Assembly: GCA_040901675.1 (NCBI GenBank)
Contig: JBBDYJ010000029.1
Coordinates: 32,001 to 96,000 of the forward strand
DNA length: 64,000 bases
Direction of reading: 5' to 3'
DNA from: Pirellulales bacterium
GTDB taxonomy: Bacteria; Planctomycetota; Planctomycetia; Pirellulales; JAICIG01
In this document: positions 19,542-29,274 of the stretch, piece after piece
How positions within the stretch are numbered: the stretch's first letter is position 1
Layout: each line of letters starts with the position of its first letter
Position numbers and translations under genes: made by a program
The notes under the pieces: generated by a model
Told to the model about the DNA's origin: nothing
The model's database searches: none
Seen by the model: only the letters and a program-made list of their open reading frames with translations

Positions 19542-20663
19542 TCAGTCGTCTCCCTCGTAAAGGTGCCGGTAGCTTTCGTAGCGGCGGGCATCGAGCCAGC
19601 CGTCGGCCACGGCGTCCTTGACCGCGCAGCCTGCTTCGTGGGTATGCGTGCAGTCCGGAAAATCGCAGCGGCTGACCAGCGGCCGCAAGTCGCGAAAGCA
19701 GCCGGCGATTTCCTGCGGAATCACGTCCCAGAGCTGGAACTGGCGGATCCCCGGCGTGTCGACCACGTAGCCCCCACCCTCCAGGGGCAAGAGCCGGGCG
19801 GTCGTGGTCGTGTGGCGCCCCTTTTGCGAGTCGGCGCTGACCTCGGCCACCGCCAACCCCAGACCAGGTTGCACCGCATTGAGCAGCGACGACTTGCCCA
19901 CGCCGCTTTGGCCGGTGATCACGCTTTGCCTGGCGGCCATCGCACGGCGCAGCCGCGGCACCCCCTGTTCCGTCCGCGCGCTGACCAGCAGGACCTGGTA
20001 ACCCATCTGGCTATAGACGCCGACCAGGGCCGCCAGCGACGCGGCATCGACCAGGTCGACCTTGTTGATGACGATGCAGGCCTGCAGCCCTCCTTGCTCG
20101 GCGCTGACCAAAAAGCGATCGATCAGGTTGGGTTTCAGGTACGGTTCGGCGGCGCTGGCCACGATGACCAACTGGTCGACGTTGGCCACCAGCACGTGCT
20201 GCCGGCCGCGGGTGGCCCGGCTCAGGATGCCATGGCGGGGCTCGATCCGCTCGATAACGCCCTCCTGCCCCTGGGCCGGGCGAAACAGCACCCGGTCGCC
20301 CGCCGCCACCACGTGCCGCTGGTCGGTGGCGAGCGTCTTGAGCAGCCGGCGGGTGGCACACTGGTAGATGGCGCCGTCTTCGGCTTCGACGCTGCTCACC
20401 AGGCCGTGGATGCTGAGCACGCGGCCCTTCAGGCAGGCGCTCTCGTCGACCTCCAGCAGCACTCCGCCGCCTGCCTGCTGGCCGGCGGCCACGCCCCTCA
20501 CGGTCCGCTTGCGGGTCAGATCGCCCTTGCCGCTGATCCGCTCGTCCTTGGGGGTGTCGTCGGGCTCGGCCTGCTGGAACTTCTTGGTCCAGTCGTCCCT
20601 TCGCGTGCGGGCACCGCGGTTCTTGCGGAATTCGGTCCGGTGTTTTTTTGGGGGCTTCGCCAA
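19542..20663 (-). CDS. rsgA: Ribosome small subunit-dependent GTPase RsgA
   Basis: Circularly permuted G motifs NKVD, GQSGVGKSS, GRHTTT, DTPG; C-terminal CDFPDCTHTHEAGC zinc site. Confidence 0.95.
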   Translation of the reverse strand: MAKPPKKHRTEFRKNRGARTRRDDWTKKFQQAEPDDTPKDERISGKGDLTRKRTVRGVAAGQQAGGGVLLEVDESACLKGRVLSIHGLVSSVEAEDGAIYQCATRRLLKTLATDQRHVVAAGDRVLFRPAQGQEGVIERIEPRHGILSRATRGRQHVLVANVDQLVIVASAAEPYLKPNLIDRFLVSAEQGGLQACIVINKVDLVDAASLAALVGVYSQMGYQVLLVSARTEQGVPRLRRAMAARQSVITGQSGVGKSSLLNAVQPGLGLAVAEVSADSQKGRHTTTTARLLPLEGGGYVVDTPGIRQFQLWDVIPQEIAGCFRDLRPLVSRCDFPDCTHTHEAGCAVKDAVADGWLDARRYESYRHLYEGDD

Positions 20664-20696
20664 GCGCTCTTCTTTTGGGGTTCGCCGAGCGGGCCG

Positions 20697-21164
20697 CTAG
20701 ACCGGTTTATTCGGGTTCTTGATCTGGCCCGCCTCGTCATTCATCACATCGTAACGCTTCTTGGGGCCCAGGCCGCGGTCCATTCCGTCTTTGGCCAGGC
20801 CGGCGCGTTCCAAAAGCGACTTGCTGAAGACCTCGGCGATACCGCCGTCGCCTGGGGGTGGACCGACAGCGCCCAGGTCGGCCGGAGAGTACTTGATCTG
20901 ATAGCGGTGCTTGGCGATCGCCAGGCTGTCGCCCGGATCGAGCCGCTTCTCGGTCACGCGCATGTTATTGACCTTGACGCCGTTGCGGCTGCCCACGTCG
21001 CGCACGTACCAGTAGCCGCTCATCAGCGTCAACTGGCAGTGATGGGCCGAGACATTGGGGAATCGCAGGACGATGTCGCAGCTTTCGCGGCGTCCCACGA
21101 GCAAACTTTCTTTCAGGAGGGGAATCGTGTCGCCCCCACCCACCGGGATGAGCTCGCCGTACAT
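20697..21164 (-). CDS. FHA domain protein
   Basis: LLVGRRESCDIVL, VSAHHC, DVGSRNGVKVN. Confidence 0.9.
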   Translation of the reverse strand: MYGELIPVGGGDTIPLLKESLLVGRRESCDIVLRFPNVSAHHCQLTLMSGYWYVRDVGSRNGVKVNNMRVTEKRLDPGDSLAIAKHRYQIKYSPADLGAVGPPPGDGGIAEVFSKSLLERAGLAKDGMDRGLGPKKRYDVMNDEAGQIKNPNKPV

Positions 21165-21309
21165 GTGCTCGATCTCTTGTTCCAGGCGCCGCGGGGTCCT
21201 AAGATCCGCGGTAAGGATTTTCGATAAATATATAACAGTCAGCTTCTGAGTCTAGATTCGCTCGCCGCCGGCGTCAAACAAACAAAACATCCTCGCTGGC
21301 CTCGGACCA

Positions 21310-22287
21310 ATGCAAAAATCGCAAATTCCTTCTTGGCGCGCGGCCGGGCTCAGGTTTTTTGCCTACGGCTTCTACCTCCGCGGCCGCTTCGGGTGTCGTG
21401 TGCAAAAAGTGAGCCTTGACGCCGGTTTCACCTGCCCGAACGTGGACGGCACCGTCGCGGTCGGGGGGTGCGTGTTCTGCGACAACCGAAGCTTCAGCCC
21501 CAGCCGGCGCCTGCCCCGCACGACCATCGCGGGCCAACTCGACGAGGGCATCCGCCGGCTGAGGCGCCGATACCGCGTCGACCGCTTCCTGGCCTATTTC
21601 CAGCCGGCCACCAACACGTATGCCCCCCTTGAGCGGTTGCGGGGGTTGTACCAGCAGGCGCTGGCCCATCCGCGGGTGGTCGGGCTGGCCGTCGGCACGC
21701 GCCCCGATTGCGTGCCCGACGGCGTGCTCGACCTGCTCGCCGAGCTGGCCGAACAAACCTACCTGTCCGTCGAGTACGGCATGCAGAGCATGCACGACCG
21801 ATCGCTCGAATGGATGAATCGCGGGCACAGGCACGAGGCCTTCGTCGATGCCGTCGAGCGCAGCCGGGGCCGTGGCTTTGAGATCTGCGCCCACGTGATC
21901 CTGGGCGTGCCGGGCGAATCGCACGGCGACATGCTGGCCACCGCCAACGAGCTGGCCCGCCTGGGGGTTCACTCAGTCAAGCTGCACAACCTGTATGCCG
22001 TCCGCAACACGCCGCTGGCCGAGTGGGTCCGCTGCGGCCAGGTCCGCTTGATGTCACGCGAAGACTACGTCCGGACCGTGGTCGATTTCCTCGAGCTTTT
22101 GCCGCCCCAGTGCCTGGTCGAGCGGATCGGCGGCGATGCGCCGCCCGACTACCTGGTCGGCCCAAGCTGGTGCCTCGACAAGCACGGTCTTCGATCGGCC
22201 CTGGACGCCGAGTTTTGCCGCCGCGACACGTGGCAGGGACGAACCTACCAGGCGCCCGCTGCGTCTAAACTGGTAGAGGCCTGCTAA
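21310..22287 (+). CDS. Radical SAM protein, YhcC/TIGR01212 family
   Basis: GFTCPNVDGTVAVGGCVFC, YFQPATNTY, GTRPDC, VKLHNL. Confidence 0.92.
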   Translation: MQKSQIPSWRAAGLRFFAYGFYLRGRFGCRVQKVSLDAGFTCPNVDGTVAVGGCVFCDNRSFSPSRRLPRTTIAGQLDEGIRRLRRRYRVDRFLAYFQPATNTYAPLERLRGLYQQALAHPRVVGLAVGTRPDCVPDGVLDLLAELAEQTYLSVEYGMQSMHDRSLEWMNRGHRHEAFVDAVERSRGRGFEICAHVILGVPGESHGDMLATANELARLGVHSVKLHNLYAVRNTPLAEWVRCGQVRLMSREDYVRTVVDFLELLPPQCLVERIGGDAPPDYLVGPSWCLDKHGLRSALDAEFCRRDTWQGRTYQAPAASKLVEAC

Positions 22288-22333
22288 AACCGTGCGCCGA
22301 CCGCTCTGCGACGATAGAATTGACAGAGCAAGC

Positions 22334-22800
22334 TCGCAGCGGGCCGGGTGGCTGCCGGCGGAGCAAAGCGTGGCGCGCCGGCTTCGTGCCGGCGCGGAAG
22401 CGCACTCCGCGGGAGGAAAGTCCGGGCTCCACAGGACAGGGCGGTGGGTAACGCCCACCGGCCGCAAGGCCAGGGAAAGTGCAACAGAAAGCAAACCGCC
22501 TCGCGGGCCAGGTCCGCGCGGTAAGGGTGAAACGGTGAGGTAAGAGCTCACCAGCAGGCTGGGTGACCGGCCTGGCTAGGCAAACCCCGCCCGGAGCAAG
22601 GCCAAACAGGAAGCAAGCCAGCCGGCTGGCGGAAAATCCCGCCCGCCGGCCGGTGCGGATCGGTCCGGTCCGCTACCGACTTCCGGGTAGGCCGCTCGAG
22701 GGGCCGAGCAATCGGCCTCCTAGAGAAATGGCCATCCACTGCCTCAGCCTGATTCTGGCTGCGGTGGAGACAGAACCCGGCTTACAGGCCCGCTGCGAAC
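22334..22800 (+). ncRNA. rnpB: RNase P RNA, bacterial type A
   Basis: GAGGAAAGTCCGGGCTCC, GGAAAGTGCAACAGAAAGCAAACCGCC, GGTGAAACGG, GGAGCAAGGCCAAA, ACAGAACCCGGCTTA. P1 pairing of 22334-22345 with 22787-22798. TAGAAT -10 just upstream. Confidence 0.97.
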
Positions 22801-22901
22801 TTGCTTTGTATGAGATAGGACGGGCCTCCATGCCCGTCGCAACGGCTTGGAGAAAGCCGTCGTCCCTGTCCGTGCGGCCGACGTTGAGGGCGCGCTCGGG
22901 T

Positions 22902-23300
22902 TTATTCGGTCGGGTTGGCCGTCGCGGCGACCGGGATCAACTCGCCATCGACCATCTGGAGCAACTTCGAGATGCAGAGTTTGTTCATGCTGGTGCGGTG
23001 GTTGCTGGCCTCGCACTTGAGCGAATCGTGCAGGCTCTTGGGCAGCCGGATGGTGATCACGCGGGTGGGCTCGGTTGGCTCGGGCAGCGGGGCGCTCTTG
23101 GCGCGCAGCCTGGCCAGCATCTGCTGAATCTCCGAGTATTGGCTGGTCTGCTCGAACGTGGCCAAGGCGGCCGCGTCGGTAAAGGTCCGCCGAACCAGTC
23201 CGCCGACGCCAAAGATCTCCCGGTAAAAGGTGACCCAATCCACATTCTGGTGGAACAGGCCCGTCGCCACTCGGTGAATCTGTTGCTCCTTGGAGCTCAT
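22902..23300 (-). CDS. Hypothetical protein with C-terminal ribbon-helix-helix (HicB-like) DNA-binding motif
   Basis: RVITIRLPKSLHDSLKCEASNHRTSMNKLCISKL. ATG after AAGGAG. Confidence 0.75.
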   Translation of the reverse strand: MSSKEQQIHRVATGLFHQNVDWVTFYREIFGVGGLVRRTFTDAAALATFEQTSQYSEIQQMLARLRAKSAPLPEPTEPTRVITIRLPKSLHDSLKCEASNHRTSMNKLCISKLLQMVDGELIPVAATANPTE

Positions 23301-23871
23301 CTGTCTGGTTCTCCTTACGGTTTGAATGGTGAATTCCATTTCCAGCGGCCGCGCTGGCCGCACTTGCCAGAATCTTGGCCGGCCGGTCAAGCTTGGGACC
23401 GATAGCATTACGCTGCTAGCACTTAGGACGATAGCAGCCGTTTGCACTTTTTTTGTGCATGGCTGCCCTGGCCGGGGCACCGCCCGGCCTGCTCAAAAAG
23501 TGTGCAAGAGCCCCGTTTCCAATTCGCCAAAGTGTCCAGTGCAGCCGTGGCCACCGAGGCGCTGGCGCCGATTACCGGATAGGCGTGGGGAGGTGCGCGA
23601 GGAAAAATCGGGCGCGTGCGCGCCGGGGCGGCCGTTTTGGGATGGCTGGTCCGGCTGCGCAAACTTAACAGGCGTGGGACGTTAAATATGTTGACCGAGC
23701 ATTACTCAGCAAATACCATGGGGTGGAGCCATGGAAGAGCCATAGGCAAATCTTCAGGACGTTCGTCCTCGGCGGAAAACTAGGTACGGTACAAATCCCG
23801 CGGGAGGCGGGAGGGCTGCGGTCGAAGAGAGGGTTCCTCTCCTCTTTGGGAGCGAAGCGCCGAAGTGTCCG

Positions 23872-26800
23872 ATGAGTAACGCCGGTTCGAGTCATCAGCC
23901 GCTGGAATTGACTCCGCTGATCCAACGATCGCGCGGCGCTCCCGCGCCGGTCGATGGTGGCTGCGACCCCGACGAGCGGACCGTGATCTCCCAGCGTCCC
24001 CCATCCCCGGCGGCCAGCCCCGCGCGGCAGACGGCCCCCGTGGAACTGGGCAAGCTGCTGGCCGGCGAGCGGCTGAACCACTTCGAGCTGCGCGAGTTCG
24101 TCGGCGGCGGGGGCATGGGCGCGGTCTTCCGCGCCGTCGATACCATGCTCAATCGCGAGGTGGCCCTGAAGGTCCTCTCGCGGGACCAGGGAGCCGACGA
24201 AGAAACCCGCCGCCGCTTCCAGAACGAGGCCCAGTCGGCCGCCCGGCTCGATCACGAGAATATTGCCCGCGTGTATTACGTGGGCGAGGACCGGGGCCTG
24301 AACTACATCGTTTTCGAGTTCATCGAGGGGGTCAATCTGCGCGAGTTGGTCGTCGAGCGCAAGGGGCCGCTGCCCCTGGCCGAGGCGATCAGCTATACGT
24401 TGCAGGTTGCCGAGGCCCTGGCCCACGCCAGCAGCCGCGACGTGGTCCACCGCGATATCAAGCCCTCCAACGTGATCATTACCGCCGAGGGACGGGCCAA
24501 GCTGGTCGACATGGGACTGGCCCGGCTGCACCAGGTCAATCCGGATGCGGAGGAGCTGACTGCCAGCGGCGTCACGCTGGGAACGTTCGACTACATTTCG
24601 CCCGAACAAGCTCGTGACCCGCGCAGCGCCGACGTCCGCAGCGACATCTATTCCTTGGGCTGCACGTTGTATTACATGCTCACGGCGCGGCCTCCCTTTC
24701 CGGAAGGCACAGTGCTGCAGAAACTGCTGCAGCACAACAGCGACGAGCCTCCTGATCCCAGGGAGTTCAGTCCCGCCTTGCCCGAAGAGGTTTCCGCCCT
24801 GGTCCGCAAGATGCTGGCCAAGGACCCGCGGCGCCGTTTCCAGAATGCCAGCGAGTTGATTGCCGAGATGCTGCTGTTGGCCGAGCAACTGGGCTGCCCG
24901 ACGCCCGCCGCGCGTGGATTGGTGTTGCTGGCCAACGGTCCGGCGGCGGTCTCGACCTGGGAGCGGCACGTCCCCTGGGTGATCCCGGTGGTGGCTCTCT
25001 TGTGCATCGTGCTCGTCATGGATCGGGCCTGGCCGTCGCTCGAAGGCGAGCCGGCACGGCCGAGCTTTGCCCGCGGCGGCCCGGCGCCGTCGACTCAGCC
25101 GGCGGAGGACCCGCGGCCGCGGTCGCTTCAGCGGCGGGGAGCAGCGGGCGGTGCCGGCGCGAACCCGGCGACGCAAGCCGACTTCAATGCTCGAGGAGCC
25201 GAACCAGGTCGGTCCGCTCAGCCGTCCGGCGTACCGGGCAGCGGGGCCGGCGTTTCACAGTCCAATTCCGGCGCCGACGACGGCAGTGACAGCGCGAGCC
25301 GGATCATCCCCGAGCCGGGTTCCCACCTGGTGGATCCCGGTGGCTCCAACCATGATTCGATCGAAAGCCGTCGGGCAGCCAGCGGCGGCGCGGCGCGGGT
25401 CGCGAGCGATCCCGTCGATGCCATCGGCCGCGCGTCGGCCGCGGGTGCGCTGGGCGCCTCGTCGCAATCGCCTTCCGTCGCGCCGGCCGGCGATGCGGCC
25501 GGTCGGGCATCGAGCGATACGCCGGCCGATCCCTCGAATGTCCGCACCGGCGGCACCGCGCGGCCGGGCACGACCTCCACTCCGACCGGCGACCTCTCGC
25601 AGCGCCCCGCGGCGGCCCAGGCGCCCGACCAGGCGGCTTCGGCGTCGCAAGCAGCGGCTACGGCCGCGCCGGGGCCGGCCGACGACGTGCAGCCTGGCGT
25701 GCTCTACGTGAGCGAGACGGTGCGTGGGCCCCAGCATTTTGCCACGCTGCGGGAAGCGTGTGCCAAAGCCCGCAAGAACGAGGTCATCGAGCTGCAGTAC
25801 AGCGGCCGCCGACTGTCCGACCCGATTGCGCTGGCCAACCAGAAGCTGACGATTCGGGCGGTGGAACCGTTCCGGCCGGTGATCGTGTTCCGTCCCAGCG
25901 AGCCCGATCCGATCACCTCGCCGCGAAGCATGATCACGGTGGCCGGCGGCAGCTTGAAGCTGGTCAACGTCTCGGTCGAGTTGGAGGTGCCCCGCGACCT
26001 GCCGGCCGATAACTGGTCGCTGTTCGAAACGCAGCTCGCCGATTCGATTTCGCTGGAGAAGTGCGTGCTCACCGTCCGCAACGCCTCCGACCAGCGAGGC
26101 GCATATCATCAGGGAGTCGCTTTTTTCCGGGTCAAGTCGGCCCCGGGCGTCGACTCGATGATGGCCTCCAAGGGAATGATGCCGCTGGAGGCGGTCGAGA
26201 TCCGCCTGGACGATTGCATCGCCCGTGGCGAAGCGACCTTCCTGCGGGCCGGCGATTTGCAGCCCTTCCGGCTTTCGTGGGACAACGGCCTGTTGGCCAT
26301 CAGCGAGCGCTTGCTCTCGACCGAGGGGGCGGTTTCGTCGGCCGCGGGCGGCGGCGGCCAGGGCCGCGTCGAGCTCAAGCACTTGACGGCCGTGCTGGGC
26401 AAGGGGCTCTGCCGCCTGAGCAACACGGCCGACGCGCCGGCCCAACTGGATATTGAGATCGCTTGCGCCGACAGCATCCTGGTGGCGGCGGCCGACGCGT
26501 CTCTGGTGGAACAACTGGGCGTGAGCAGCCTGGCCGGCTTCCAGCAGCGCTTTCGCTGGAACGGCGAATGGAATCTCTACCAGGGATTCAGCACGTTCTG
26601 GAGGATCCAGACCGACACATCCCGACCGCCGCTGGAGTGGTCGTTCGGCCCATGGCGCGACTTCTGGAAGGAGGCCCGCGAGGTCCGGCCCAGCCTGTCG
26701 CAGGTGGTATGGGCCCGCTACCCCAAAGCCGACCGCCCGATGCACACGCACACGGCGGCCGACTACGCCCTGGACCAGCAGGCGATCGGCAACCCGGCCC

Positions 26801-26898
26801 GCTCGCGGTCCAGCGACGGTCTCGACGCCGGCCTGGTCAGCGCCGAGCTGCCCAGCGTGCCCGACGACCGCTTGCCCGCCACGGAGTCAGCGGATTGA
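23872..26898 (+). CDS. Hanks-type Ser/Thr protein kinase with TM helix, low-complexity linker and beta-rich external domain
   Basis: GGGGMGAV, VALK, HRDIKPSN, DMG, GTFDYISPEQ; TM WVIPVVALLCIVLVM. Confidence 0.93.
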   Translation: MSNAGSSHQPLELTPLIQRSRGAPAPVDGGCDPDERTVISQRPPSPAASPARQTAPVELGKLLAGERLNHFELREFVGGGGMGAVFRAVDTMLNREVALKVLSRDQGADEETRRRFQNEAQSAARLDHENIARVYYVGEDRGLNYIVFEFIEGVNLRELVVERKGPLPLAEAISYTLQVAEALAHASSRDVVHRDIKPSNVIITAEGRAKLVDMGLARLHQVNPDAEELTASGVTLGTFDYISPEQARDPRSADVRSDIYSLGCTLYYMLTARPPFPEGTVLQKLLQHNSDEPPDPREFSPALPEEVSALVRKMLAKDPRRRFQNASELIAEMLLLAEQLGCPTPAARGLVLLANGPAAVSTWERHVPWVIPVVALLCIVLVMDRAWPSLEGEPARPSFARGGPAPSTQPAEDPRPRSLQRRGAAGGAGANPATQADFNARGAEPGRSAQPSGVPGSGAGVSQSNSGADDGSDSASRIIPEPGSHLVDPGGSNHDSIESRRAASGGAARVASDPVDAIGRASAAGALGASSQSPSVAPAGDAAGRASSDTPADPSNVRTGGTARPGTTSTPTGDLSQRPAAAQAPDQAASASQAAATAAPGPADDVQPGVLYVSETVRGPQHFATLREACAKARKNEVIELQYSGRRLSDPIALANQKLTIRAVEPFRPVIVFRPSEPDPITSPRSMITVAGGSLKLVNVSVELEVPRDLPADNWSLFETQLADSISLEKCVLTVRNASDQRGAYHQGVAFFRVKSAPGVDSMMASKGMMPLEAVEIRLDDCIARGEATFLRAGDLQPFRLSWDNGLLAISERLLSTEGAVSSAAGGGGQGRVELKHLTAVLGKGLCRLSNTADAPAQLDIEIACADSILVAAADASLVEQLGVSSLAGFQQRFRWNGEWNLYQGFSTFWRIQTDTSRPPLEWSFGPWRDFWKEAREVRPSLSQVVWARYPKADRPMHTHTAADYALDQQAIGNPARSRSSDGLDAGLVSAELPSVPDDRLPATESAD

Positions 26899-27120
26899 CG
26901 GCGCCGGCCCACCGATGCGAATCGGGCGAGTCACTGTCTCTTGGCTGCCGAGTGCACCCGCGCGCTGTTGCCCAAGCGGCCTGGATCGACTACGGTTGGC
27001 TCGATAAAGTCGGCTGCGATCGGCGCAAGCCGGCGTTTGATCCTGCTCGAAGCTTCGTTCCACGGCTGTACGAGCGCGAACTGGCTTCGTTTGAACCCTA
27101 CTTCTTGTGCGAGAGCCTGG

Positions 27121-28479
27121 ATGCAACCCCAAGAGAATGAAGCCCTCGACCCGTATACTGCGCCGGATAGTACGGCGGGATTGAACCTGCCGCTGTGGGA
27201 GAGGCTTCGCCTATGGTTCCTGGCGCACCCAATTGGGTTCTGGTTCTTTTTTTGGGGCGAACTGGCCGAGCGCTGCTCCTATTACGGGATGCGCGCCATC
27301 CTGACGTTGTACATGCTGGAACGGCTGGACTTCAGCGAGGGACAGGCCGGCGCCACCACGGCTCTCTTCATCGCGGGGACGTATCTGACGCCGCTTGCCG
27401 GTGGCTGGATCGCGGACAATGTATTCGGCAAGTACTGGACAATCGTGGGCTTTTCGCTGCCGTACATCCTGGGACATGTAATCCTCGGAATTGAGAGCAT
27501 TCCGTTTCTCGTGATTGCTCTGGTCTTGCTCTCCATGGGCAGTGGAGTGATTAAGCCGAACATTTCCACTCTGATGGGGATGACATACGACCAGCAGCGC
27601 CCCGGGAAGGAGAAGCTCCGCAGCGATGCCTTCGCCATGTTCTATTGGTCGATCAATATTGGGGCTGCCATCTCGTCAATCGCGGTTCCAGCGATCCGAA
27701 CGGCGTGGGGTTACTCGACCGCCTTTCTATTCCCGGCCGGCCTGATGGTGATTGCATTTGCCATCTTCGCATCGGGTAAGAAGTTTTATGCGGTAGAAAC
27801 GATCTCGCGCACGGAGAAGACAGCCGCCGAAAAAAAGGAACAGTGGCGGGCCATCGGACGCATCGCCGGCATCTTCGCCGCCGTCACGTTTTTCTGGAGC
27901 ATTTTCGACCAGTCTGCCAGCACGTGGGTGCTGTTCGCGAAGAACTACCTCGACCTTCACTTGTGGGGCGTAACGCTTAAGCCCGATCAAATCCAAGCTG
28001 CCAACCCCATCCTCATCATCGTGATGCTCCCCCCGGTGAGTCTCTTCTGGCGATTCCTGGCGGCACATGGCCTCCCCTTGCGCGCCACCGACAAGATGCT
28101 GATCGGTTTCATTCTTACCGCGGTGACCATGGCTATCATGGCGGCGGCCGGATTTTTGACGTCGCCGAGCGATAAGGCCTCCGTGCTTTGGGAGGTCGGA
28201 GCCTATGTCATTATTACGGTCGCGGAAATCTGCATCTCGGTCGTCGGTTTGGAGCTGGCCTTCACCGCGGCTCCGCAAAAGATGAAAAGCTTCATTACCG
28301 CCTGCTGGCTGGCGACGGTGTTCTTAGGGAACCTCTTGCACGCGCCGTTTGCTTATTTTTACGACTTCATGCCGCCCGGTTGGTACTTCGCGCTGATGAC
28401 GCTCATGATGGTCTTCGTCAGTTGTGGCTTCGTGTTCGTGGCACGGCGATTCAACCGCGCGTTGCCGATAGCCGTCTGA
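27121..28479 (+). CDS. POT/PTR family proton-dependent oligopeptide transporter
   Basis: ELAERCSYYGM (ExxERFxYY), GGWIAD, GSGVIKPN, FYWSINIG. Confidence 0.93.
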   Translation: MQPQENEALDPYTAPDSTAGLNLPLWERLRLWFLAHPIGFWFFFWGELAERCSYYGMRAILTLYMLERLDFSEGQAGATTALFIAGTYLTPLAGGWIADNVFGKYWTIVGFSLPYILGHVILGIESIPFLVIALVLLSMGSGVIKPNISTLMGMTYDQQRPGKEKLRSDAFAMFYWSINIGAAISSIAVPAIRTAWGYSTAFLFPAGLMVIAFAIFASGKKFYAVETISRTEKTAAEKKEQWRAIGRIAGIFAAVTFFWSIFDQSASTWVLFAKNYLDLHLWGVTLKPDQIQAANPILIIVMLPPVSLFWRFLAAHGLPLRATDKMLIGFILTAVTMAIMAAAGFLTSPSDKASVLWEVGAYVIITVAEICISVVGLELAFTAAPQKMKSFITACWLATVFLGNLLHAPFAYFYDFMPPGWYFALMTLMMVFVSCGFVFVARRFNRALPIAV

Positions 28480-28831
28480 GGCGAAAGCCACCCGCCCGCC
28501 ATCCTTATCGTCTTAAGTCGTTTTCACCGTGGGAGTTCCAAGCATGCTCAGATCGCAACTCCATGCCCCCGGCCCGCCTCCTTGACAGAACGGCCCTGGC
28601 GTGTTTTACTACGGTGGCGATTAAGAAGAGTGGCCCTGCCTGAAACGCTTTGCATCGTCCGCTGGCGCGGATAAATGACCTGCCTGAAGCGTGCTGGGAA
28701 AAAATCGAACTGGCCCTTGCAGCGTCCCTGGGTGTGCGCCTTGCCGCCCGAGGTTGCCGGCTTTGAGGGTTTTTCCGCCGAAATGGCTCGAGCCGCTGCC
28801 GTAAACAAAGGTTTTCCTGGAGAAATCGTGC

Positions 28832-29251
28832 ATGAAAAAGGCGATCTGGATCTTGTCGTTCCTGGCCCTGCTGGCGATGCTGTCGGTCAATTCGGCCAGC
28901 GCCCGTCCGCAGTTCTTTGCCGCGTTTCGCGCCAGGTACCTGAAGGCGGACGACGAGTCGGAAACGGGCAAGGCACTGAAGGATCAGGTCGACAAGGTCA
29001 AGTGCAACGTCTGCCACGGCAAAGACGACAAAGGCAAGATCGAATACAAAGTGCGCAATGCCTACGGCACCGCCTTGAGCAAGCTCCTCACCAAAGACGA
29101 CATCAAGAACAAGGACAAGATCCGCGAGGCCTTGGACAAGGTGGCTGAAGAAAAAGTGAGCGAGGCCGAGGATGCGCCGACCTTCGGCGATCGCCTGGCC
29201 GGAGGCAAGCTGCCCGGGGTCGAAGAAGCCGAGCAGACCGCGTCCAAATAA
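28832..29251 (+). CDS. Exported mono-haem c-type cytochrome-like protein
   Basis: Signal peptide ending ASA; CNVCH; RNAYG. Confidence 0.8.
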   Translation: MKKAIWILSFLALLAMLSVNSASARPQFFAAFRARYLKADDESETGKALKDQVDKVKCNVCHGKDDKGKIEYKVRNAYGTALSKLLTKDDIKNKDKIREALDKVAEEKVSEAEDAPTFGDRLAGGKLPGVEEAEQTASK

Positions 29252-29274
29252 CGACCGCGGCCGAGTACGGACCC

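Noticed and set aside
23300..23872. ncRNA in the long divergent intergenic region
   Set aside because: Only an imperfect inverted repeat (TTGCACTTTTT...AAAAAGTGTGCAA) and promoter-like AT tracts are visible, with no recognisable RNA family.
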